64,000 bases of DNA from Candidatus Aenigmatarchaeota archaeon (GTDB taxonomy: Archaea; Aenigmatarchaeota; Aenigmatarchaeia; CG10238-14; SCSR01), in contig JAUWZS010000001.1 of the NCBI GenBank assembly GCA_030615205.1, positions 209,492 through 273,491 on the forward strand, given 5' to 3'. Positions 38,780 through 45,900 of the stretch are shown here, one piece after another (position 1 is the first letter of the stretch; every line of letters starts with the position of its first letter). Below the pieces are notes generated by a model. That model ran no database searches, had not been told where the DNA came from, and saw nothing but the letters and a program-made list of their open reading frames with translations. Position numbers and translations under genes: made by a program.

Positions 38780-39022
38780 CTATACTTTGCTTTGCGCTTT
38801 GTGAGGCGGAGGTTTGGCTTTCCTCCGCTTTCCTAATCCTATAAACATTTCTTTCAAGCGCAGTTGGGCTTTTCTGTATTGCTTATTGTAATAAAAAAGC
38901 GTAGATATGGGATACCCGAATAATTGGTTTATTTCTTTTATAGAATAGCCGACCATCAACATCAAATAAATTTCAGGTCTACTGCGCCGTCCTGTTTGCT
39001 TGAACTTTTTCTTAGGATTCAT
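38780..39022 (-). CDS. HTH DNA-binding protein (Hin/sigma-r4-like)
   Basis: MLMVGYSIKEINQLFGYPISTLFYYNKQY is a helix-turn-helix, flanked by basic tails. Confidence 0.45.
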   Translation of the reverse strand: MNPKKKFKQTGRRSRPEIYLMLMVGYSIKEINQLFGYPISTLFYYNKQYRKAQLRLKEMFIGLGKRRKAKPPPHKAQSKV

Positions 39023-39100
39023 ATGTAGACATTTGTCAATGCATCTATTTATAAGTTTAAAATTTCTTTTTTCTTATATGGCAAGAATTGATGATCGCAT

Positions 39101-39631
39101 ATGGCAAACATAGATGACATAACGGCTTTAATTGACAAGTATCCGCATAGATTTTGGGCTATATTTTTGGGCTGTATGCACAAGCCAACCCATATGAGCA
39201 AGGTTGATAAGCGGTTTGGATTCGCCAAGCGCAGCTTATACCAGCACAACATAGTAAAAGAAATGGTTCGGCTGGGCGTATTGAAATTTTATCCAAGTGA
39301 TAACAGAAAATTCAAGCTATATTTTAGTCAAGTGGATTGGCTATATTCTATGAACGGAATAAAATCTAAAAAATTGTATAAAGTCCTAAATGAACCAGCC
39401 GTAAGAGAAGCATTTGACTTTGATAAATTCAATGTAGAACCTGCGATACTAAAAATTTGGTCAGAGAATGTATTTTATGCCATAGTCCAAATCATAGCAG
39501 CTTGTTTATTTTGGAAACGCACACGGGAAAGGGATCAACTGATTTTTACTATGATCCCACATTTTTTGAGGGATAGTCATATAGACACTTTCGTTATGGC
39601 AATAATGATATTGAGAAGTGAGGGAAAATGA
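39101..39631 (+). CDS. hypothetical protein, possible N-terminal wHTH
   Basis: 176 aa. KPTHMSKVDKRFGFAKRSLYQHNIVKEMVRLGVLKF. Confidence 0.4.
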   Translation: MANIDDITALIDKYPHRFWAIFLGCMHKPTHMSKVDKRFGFAKRSLYQHNIVKEMVRLGVLKFYPSDNRKFKLYFSQVDWLYSMNGIKSKKLYKVLNEPAVREAFDFDKFNVEPAILKIWSENVFYAIVQIIAACLFWKRTRERDQLIFTMIPHFLRDSHIDTFVMAIMILRSEGK

Positions 39632-39780
39632 TTAAAGAAATAAGCTACGTTCTTGATGTTTTTACTTCACCCACTTTGACTTTCAGCAAGATTATGATGT
39701 GGTTTCTTATTCTGTTTAGTGCAGTCGCTATAATAATGATTTATGACAATTATAAAAAATATCATAAAAAGAAAAGATAG
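39628..39780 (+). CDS. small single-TM protein, 50 aa (below ORF-track cutoff)
   Basis: Own translation: MIKEISYVLDVFTSPTLTFSKIMMWFLILFSAVAIIMIYDNYKKYHKKKR. ATGA overlap with the upstream stop. Confidence 0.35.
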   Translation: MIKEISYVLDVFTSPTLTFSKIMMWFLILFSAVAIIMIYDNYKKYHKKKR

Positions 39781-39983
39781 CATGTTTGGATTATGTTATC
39801 TTTTGTTGAACTATTGCTTATGTATTCGTAGGATAGGTTTTTGGTATTGATGCCCTTGTTTGATCAAGACCAAACGTTCTCTCTCGTATGTATAAAAAGT
39901 ATAAATTAGACTTAGTTTCCTTGCCGCATAGGTCATTTTCTATATATAGAAAGTATAAATTTGCGTAAAAGAATTAATAAAAT

Positions 39984-40202
39984 ATGACTAAATTAATTAT
40001 AAAGTTTAAGAAAATTTTACCCGGAATTTATCTGCCTAGAAAAGTAGAAATTGACGCTACAGAAGATGGCTATGATTGGCACGAATTACCATTACTTGTT
40101 AAAATTGCAGATTTTTGTTACTCATTAGTTCCTAATTATGATGGAAAACTCACAAAACTACTTTTAGAAAGCGAAAATGCGCCACAAATAAAGGAGGACT
40201 GA
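39984..40202 (+). CDS. hypothetical protein
   Basis: 72-aa ORF preceded by a duplicated AAAGTATAAATT TATA-like box. Confidence 0.35.
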   Translation: MTKLIIKFKKILPGIYLPRKVEIDATEDGYDWHELPLLVKIADFCYSLVPNYDGKLTKLLLESENAPQIKED

Positions 40203-40208
40203 GCAAAT

Positions 40209-40556
40209 ATGAAATTAATACCATATCTTTTGGTGGGGAACCACCCAAAAACAGCTAAATTGAAGCAAAGAATAGTACAAATAGTCAAGATATTGAAGGA
40301 AAACCAAGGCAAAATCGAGGCAGAAGAGCTTGAAAAGAAGTTGGGCATCTCTCGAACAACGAATCCCAGCCTGTTTTACAAGCCACTGGCGTCCATGCGT
40401 AAGTGGGACTTGGTCCAATCGCATCGAAAAGTGGAAATTAATGCAGAAGGAAAGAAGAAATTCCGGACAACTTACGAACTAACACCAGGGCTTTTCTACC
40501 ACTATATAGAACGTACGCTGATTGAGCTGGCCAAAAAAGAGATCGAAATGGTGTAA
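40209..40556 (+). CDS. winged-helix DNA-binding protein
   Basis: IVQIVKILKENQGKIEAEELEKKLGISRTT...WDLVQSH. Confidence 0.45.
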   Translation: MKLIPYLLVGNHPKTAKLKQRIVQIVKILKENQGKIEAEELEKKLGISRTTNPSLFYKPLASMRKWDLVQSHRKVEINAEGKKKFRTTYELTPGLFYHYIERTLIELAKKEIEMV

Positions 40557-40983
40557 AACGTTAAAAACCTTTGATTTTCTTGAATTTTTGTTAATTTTTA
40601 GTATTTTATAGCAGAAATGCGCCACTGCTAAGCAGAGACTGAGCATTTGTGAGAGTTTGTGTTTAATTTTGTTGCGTGATAAATATTATATACTAAAGAA
40701 TATATATTGATTAGTTTTGCCTATTATCGAATAGATAGACTCTATTGTTGCTGTTTTATAGCCGATATAGCCCTCTTTTTAGCGTTTTTATGGCCTTTCT
40801 TTGTCAATTGGGTAGGCTAAAATAAGCAGATAAATATTTAAAATTAAGTAGGTTTGTATATAGAAATAGACTATATAATATATTAAATAAAATATACTAC
40901 ATAAAATAATGTGAGATAAATATAATATATAAGATATATTATATAAAAAGATAGTGTGTGATATATAGTTTGTTATAAATAAA

Positions 40984-41155
40984 AGTGAGAATTTTGGTTG
41001 ATCTGGTAGGAGTGAGATTTATGGTGTAGCAACATCGAGGTATGGCGCATTTAGTGGATTTTGGTGATCAGAGTGTTAAAGTGAAAGTGAGAGTTCGTGG
41101 CACAGTTTTGGCTAAACTAGCAAGTGAGTTTACAGGACTTTGAGTAAATGTGAGG
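40984..41155 (+). repeat. dispersed AGTGAGA(N)TT direct repeats (iteron-like)
   Basis: AGTGAGA at 40984, 41011 and 41086. AGTGAGT at 41123 and TGTGAGG at 41149. Related AGTGGAT and AGTGTTA lie between them. The array sits downstream of a very AT-rich tract. Confidence 0.6.
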
Positions 41156-41201
41156 TATTCCGAACGCAAATAAATTTAAGCTTCAAAATTTAATAAATTT
41201 T

Positions 41202-41918
41202 ATGGGTTTAAAGCAAAAATTAAAGCGGATATTTCGAATAGGCGCCAAAGATGAAGCGCTTCAAAGCGATTTAAAGCGCTCGAAAGCGCTCGAAAGCGCT
41301 GCAGATTTAGAAGATAAATACCCTTATCAAACTCCAACAGAACCTACCGAACTCTCACGGCCTCTCGAAATTCAAAAGGATTCATTGCAATTGGGAATCG
41401 CAGCTGGCTACACAGGTAAATTTATACGGGAAATTGAGCGTTCTTTGGGCAGAATCGAGACACATATGGTCTCTAAGGATTGGTTTTCATCTAAATTCGA
41501 GGATCGGTCACCCGAATTAATAGAACTTTTGAGCAACATTAAAACACTCATCCAAGAGCATGATAATACTGTCTCAAAGCGATTTAAAGCGCTCGAAAGC
41601 GCTTCAAATCGCATACAATCTATTGCAACCAAAGCCCCAAAACCTATTAGACAGAAACTGATGAAAGAAGTAGAAACTATTGAAGCAGCTCTGCCTCTTA
41701 CTTCAAAGATGAGAAAACTTGTTTCTGTTGTAAAAGATTCTGGAAAATTAAGTTATGATGAACTGTGTACAAAACTCAATGTCAGCCGATCATCACTTCG
41801 CGGTCTTCTTGCTAATACTATGAAACGAACAAATGAAATCGAACGATTCTCTGTTGACGGCAAAGGATGGGTGCGCTATAAACATCCAAAAACCACACAA
41901 ATTCCTGATTTTCCATAA
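41202..41918 (+). CDS. hypothetical protein with C-terminal wHTH; contains embedded 10-bp-phased AAGCGCT repeats
   Basis: C-terminal LSYDELCTKLNVSRSSLRGLLANTMKR...GKGWVRYK. The N-terminal and middle parts are helical. Confidence 0.5.
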   Translation: MGLKQKLKRIFRIGAKDEALQSDLKRSKALESAADLEDKYPYQTPTEPTELSRPLEIQKDSLQLGIAAGYTGKFIREIERSLGRIETHMVSKDWFSSKFEDRSPELIELLSNIKTLIQEHDNTVSKRFKALESASNRIQSIATKAPKPIRQKLMKEVETIEAALPLTSKMRKLVSVVKDSGKLSYDELCTKLNVSRSSLRGLLANTMKRTNEIERFSVDGKGWVRYKHPKTTQIPDFP

Positions 41919-41966
41919 AATATTTTCTATAAAACAGTAAAAAGTCACTCAAAACACTAGAAATTC

Positions 41967-42269
41967 CTAAATTTTTGGCACTTTCCTTTCACTCTTATTT
42001 TCAATCTTTTCTTTAACTGCTAAAAATCTGAAAACCCCGTTCAAATCTGTACCAGGTTTTAATCTGATCATGTGCACATTGAATGGTTCCATTGTCTGGG
42101 TTTCCACAAACATTGCTAAATGTTTATCAATAAGGCGGGAAACGGTTTTATGGTGTAGATTGCACCGTCTAGATATCTCTCTTATCCAAAGCCAGCCACC
42201 TTCTGCCTGCTTTAGGCATCTAACGATTTTTATTACGTTTTCAGCTGCATCTTTTCGCATTTTTACCAC
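41967..42269 (-). CDS. winged-helix DNA-binding protein
   Basis: GGWLWIREISRRCNLHHKTVSRLIDKHL. Confidence 0.45.
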   Translation of the reverse strand: MVKMRKDAAENVIKIVRCLKQAEGGWLWIREISRRCNLHHKTVSRLIDKHLAMFVETQTMEPFNVHMIRLKPGTDLNGVFRFLAVKEKIENKSERKVPKI

Positions 42270-42439
42270 ACTTGAGAATCCATAGCTCCAATTGGCGCAC
42301 TTAACATACTAAATATATTTTAAACCCGTCAGAACAAATAATTATTGGTTAACTATCACTAGTATAATCAACTTCGCAAACAAAAACATGAAAACAAATT
42401 TAAGTCACAACATTCTATTTATTCATTACGTAAATTCAC

Positions 42440-42558
42440 AGCGGAGTGGAGCAGTCAGCGACGTATTCGCCTGCAATGGAGTGCTCGTCGGGCTCATATA
42501 AAAGCTAAAAGCTTTTTGAGAGACCCGAAGGTCCTAGGTTCAAATCCTAGCTCCGCTA
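42440..42558 (+). tRNA. initiator tRNA-Met(CAU) with two introns (D-loop and canonical 37/38)
   Basis: Hand fold: A1-U72 acceptor AGCGGAG/CUCCGCU. The D stem GAGC/GCUC encloses a ~30-nt loop containing the hairpin GCGA-CGUAU-UCGC. Anticodon stem UCGGG/CCCGA with three G-C pairs, loop CUCAUA-[~24 nt]-A. T arm CUAGG-UUCAAAU-CCUAG. Confidence 0.7.
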
Positions 42559-42573
42559 TTTTTTCTTTTTTTT
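42559..42573 (+). terminator. oligo-T tract after tRNA-iMet
   Basis: ttttttcttttttt lies immediately 3' of the discriminator base. Archaeal terminators are oligo-T. Confidence 0.4.
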
Positions 42574-42579
42574 AAATTT

Positions 42580-42993
42580 TTGGTGAAGACCGTGCCGAGA
42601 ATCAAAGGTTTTGAAAAGCTTGTTGAACTTGTCAAACATCTACGGAGCGAAAGCGGCTGTCCATGGGACAGGGAACAAACGATTGAGAGTTTAAAAGAAG
42701 ATGTTCTCGACGAGGCAAATGAATTACGAGAAGCTATAGAAAAAGGCGATTATGAAAACATTAAAGAAGAAATCGGCGATTTGATTTGGGGACTAGTTCT
42801 TATGACACAGGTTGCAGAAGAAGACGGGAAATTCGATCTTGATGATGTTTTTAAAGACGTCAACGAAAAAATGGTCCGAAGGCATACCTATGTTTTTGGG
42901 GATGTCAAAGCAAAAACAGCTGAAGATGCAGCAAAGGCATTCAATGAGGCAAAAGCAAATGAAAAGAAAAAAAGTGGGCCCACCCAGAATTGA
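42580..42993 (+). CDS. mazG: MazG-type nucleoside triphosphate pyrophosphohydrolase
   Basis: LRSESGCPWDREQT...EANELREAIE...EEIGDLIW (EExxE/D motifs). TTG start. The last 19 nt overlap tRNA-Val on the opposite strand. Confidence 0.85.
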   Translation: MVKTVPRIKGFEKLVELVKHLRSESGCPWDREQTIESLKEDVLDEANELREAIEKGDYENIKEEIGDLIWGLVLMTQVAEEDGKFDLDDVFKDVNEKMVRRHTYVFGDVKAKTAEDAAKAFNEAKANEKKKSGPTQN

Positions 42994-43046
42994 ACTGGAG
43001 TCTCCACCTTGTAAGGGTGACATCCTAACCACTAGACTATAGGCCC
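42975..43046 (-). tRNA. tRNA-Val(UAC), no intron
   Basis: Hand fold: acceptor GGGCCUA/UGGGCCC, anticodon arm UCACC-CUUACAA-GGUGG, T arm UCCAG-UUCAAUU-CUGGG. Confidence 0.8.
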
Positions 43047-43081
43047 ATGTTGCTTATTCACGTGTTATAAAAATTAACATC

Positions 43082-45772
43082 TTAAAATAAAAAGCTTACT
43101 AATACAACTGCAGCAATGAGCATTATTTGAATTATTCCGAAAAAGCCAAAATCCGGCAGGCTTATAAGACCTCCTTTAACAATGAGTGTCTGATCAGATT
43201 CTATCTTGTTAGGACTTTGTGACGTATCTGACGATATTGAAACATCTGCAGTAGCAGTTTGTTCAGATGATAATACATTAACACCGACATAAATCTGTTG
43301 AACGTCGTTTGTGCTTAGCGACGCTGTGGTCTGGGCACCATTTTCGATAATTAATAGTCCTGGATCGGTTGCAACAACACTAATTCCATATGTATCACTC
43401 AAGGTACCATTGTTTTTAACAATAATGACAAGGTCCTGTCCTTCACCAACTACTAAACTCATACTACTCGGCATAAAGACTTCAAATGAAATCGGATAAA
43501 ATATTCTAGTGACTTCAACATATGTACCTGGGTCAATAGGATCAAAGGCTTTGCAATATATTGTATTTGGGTTTGTTCTCAGCTCACCACCCGGATCTGG
43601 TGTCATATCGTATTCTGCTGGTGGTAATAATATTGTACATCCTCCGCCACCAGGCTCACTAGAATATGGGAAAGGATTGCAGTTCCAGAGACCATTTAAT
43701 TCACACTCTACATTCACTGTAGCGCCTCCATACTCAGTGACCCAGTTTATATTAATTTGATCTAGAGTAGTCGAGAAGTGAAGGGATCTAATTTCTAGGG
43801 GTTCAGGTGGACTTTCCTCACTTCCCCAACTTCCGTGGGTTGGTTCTGGAGAGGCGTATTTTCTAAGTGTCATGGCATCCCAGTAACTAACATCTCCATC
43901 ATAGAGCAAATTAATCTGAAAACTTCCAAAGCTTGATAGATAAGGAGAAGTGCGGCTGCCAGCACCATTGCCATCACAAGTCGCAGTATAATCACTTCCA
44001 GTAATCTTAACTTCAAAATCATGCCATCCAGAAGCTCTATCGACACCTAATGAATATCCAGTTCCAACTTCCCCAGATTGCCATTCGACTATTGAATAAA
44101 CAGTTCCATCCTGAAATTGTTTATTATATTCTGTATCAACACCTAAACTGAGAGTGGGAGCGGAAGCGGTGCAATCCGCACCACCACTAATAAATAACCT
44201 GAATCTTACACCAGAATCTGATGGATTATTTTCTTTGAAATGGATACTAAGAATCCCAGTATTTCCTGTACTTCCCATATCATGGCAGAGACTGTCACCA
44301 GCTTCAATCTCTACAGAGCTAGTCCCATGCCATTGTTCAGATGCAACAAGGGTTGGACTTCCTCCAGTGGTCCATTGACTAAGGTCAGTTTCGAAGTCAT
44401 CAAAAAAATCAAATGTAGCACTGCCATCACTAGTCGTTGTAGCACCACTATTTCCATAGTACATGTAAATTGTTCGATCCGCCGTACTCAAATCATCTCG
44501 AACTTCAACCCAGAATGTTGCTGTGCTCGCGTCGTACGACTCCAACCAATAATCCAATTCTGTGGCTCCATCGTTATCTGTAAATCGTAGATCATCCGGC
44601 CAGTTCTGAGCATGACCATTCAAATAAACATCCTCACCGCTGTCCGTGCCACTTCCGCTATGTACAACGATTTTGACTTGATAGTTAGTATCAGCACCAG
44701 CAGCACTGTTGATTACGTGACTTTTGCGGTAGTTAAAACCAGAAAGCCATGAAGGTTCAGGTGCAATTTCTTCACTTTCCCAACTTCCATGGGTCGGTTC
44801 TGGAGACGTGTATTTTCTCAAAGTGATATTATCGAATTCTCCCTGAGTTCTTCTGAATGATAAAGATATATCTAAACCACCAGGTTGGGTTCCAATCGAT
44901 GCCTGACATGTTGAGTTCGAGTCAAATAGTGAACCATCTATATACCATGCACATCCTGGTATTGTGCTACCATTTACCACAAGTTTCCACTGATACCATT
45001 GATAGTACCACGGTTGAATGGTATCTTCAAGCGCTTGAATCACATTGTCATACTTCACACTAAATCCTCTTGTATAACTACCTCCAGACCTGTAGTATCG
45101 CATATAAAAATCATCAGTATCATAGAATTCAATCCTTCCACTTCTGTAAAAAGTCCCAAAAATACCTATATCTGGTTTTAATGCAGCTTCAAGTACATAT
45201 CCTTGACCAATAAAATTTTCAGTCAACTTTGTGTCATAATATAAATAAGTAAAAAAATCACCAGCCGTAGGACCTTTCACAACTTTAGTCCCATCCATAA
45301 CAACTGTCCACGATTCTGAAGATGACCAGCGACTCGGTGCTTGACCCACAGTTTCGTCTTCAAAATCCTCGTAAAAATCGTATGTTTCTGTTGCATTGCT
45401 CGTTGAAGAAACAGAAGGATTTCCATAGTACATGTAAATTGTTTTTGTGCTTGAAGCTAGTATGTTTGGGACATTTACCCATACTGTCGCACTTGTACTT
45501 GGGGTATAACTTTCAACCCAATACGGAACCAAAGTTGTTTCATCACTATCTGTAAATCTAAGATCGCTAAAATCAGAGTTCATATCGCTATCATAAATGA
45601 CAATAATTTTAACTGGATAGTTTGTTAAATCGCTTCCTGAGTTCTCTGTAATATCAACTGGTCTTCTGAAATTCCAATCTATATCAAACCACGTCCCTTG
45701 GGAATAGACTAAAGGAGAAAGAAATAAAAATACAGTAAAAAAAGTGAAGAAGAATATTATTTTCTTAATCAT
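43082..45772 (-). CDS. large secreted surface protein with two DUF2341-like modules, LamG/jelly-roll-like modules and a C-terminal TM anchor
   Basis: N-terminal signal/TM MIKKIIFFFTFFTVFLFLSPLVYS. Two modules begin W(N/F)YR(R/K) and end IYMYYGN...FDFF(E/D)DFE. Linkers RKY(T/A)SPEPTHGSW(E/G)SEE. C-terminal LPDFGFFGIIQIMLIAAVVLVSFLF. Confidence 0.75.
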   Translation of the reverse strand: MIKKIIFFFTFFTVFLFLSPLVYSQGTWFDIDWNFRRPVDITENSGSDLTNYPVKIIVIYDSDMNSDFSDLRFTDSDETTLVPYWVESYTPSTSATVWVNVPNILASSTKTIYMYYGNPSVSSTSNATETYDFYEDFEDETVGQAPSRWSSSESWTVVMDGTKVVKGPTAGDFFTYLYYDTKLTENFIGQGYVLEAALKPDIGIFGTFYRSGRIEFYDTDDFYMRYYRSGGSYTRGFSVKYDNVIQALEDTIQPWYYQWYQWKLVVNGSTIPGCAWYIDGSLFDSNSTCQASIGTQPGGLDISLSFRRTQGEFDNITLRKYTSPEPTHGSWESEEIAPEPSWLSGFNYRKSHVINSAAGADTNYQVKIVVHSGSGTDSGEDVYLNGHAQNWPDDLRFTDNDGATELDYWLESYDASTATFWVEVRDDLSTADRTIYMYYGNSGATTTSDGSATFDFFDDFETDLSQWTTGGSPTLVASEQWHGTSSVEIEAGDSLCHDMGSTGNTGILSIHFKENNPSDSGVRFRLFISGGADCTASAPTLSLGVDTEYNKQFQDGTVYSIVEWQSGEVGTGYSLGVDRASGWHDFEVKITGSDYTATCDGNGAGSRTSPYLSSFGSFQINLLYDGDVSYWDAMTLRKYASPEPTHGSWGSEESPPEPLEIRSLHFSTTLDQININWVTEYGGATVNVECELNGLWNCNPFPYSSEPGGGGCTILLPPAEYDMTPDPGGELRTNPNTIYCKAFDPIDPGTYVEVTRIFYPISFEVFMPSSMSLVVGEGQDLVIIVKNNGTLSDTYGISVVATDPGLLIIENGAQTTASLSTNDVQQIYVGVNVLSSEQTATADVSISSDTSQSPNKIESDQTLIVKGGLISLPDFGFFGIIQIMLIAAVVLVSFLF

Positions 45773-45900
45773 ACTATCTTATTATAGTTTGTTAGGAGGA
45801 GATTAAATTTATTTAATGATTATAGAGAAAAGAGATTTTTATATCAATTATTTGAACAGTCCGAGTAATATTATTTAATTGGCAACTGTTAGCAGAATTT

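Larger units (their letters stand above)
34032..42269. mobile_element. putative integrated plasmid/virus-like element (boundaries approximate)
   Basis: An ~8.2-kb block of short, mostly unrecognisable ORFs with many wHTH proteins, two P-loop NTPases, repeat arrays and an AT-rich iteron region. It lies between housekeeping genes and tRNA-iMet. No integrase or att duplication was found. Confidence 0.4.
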
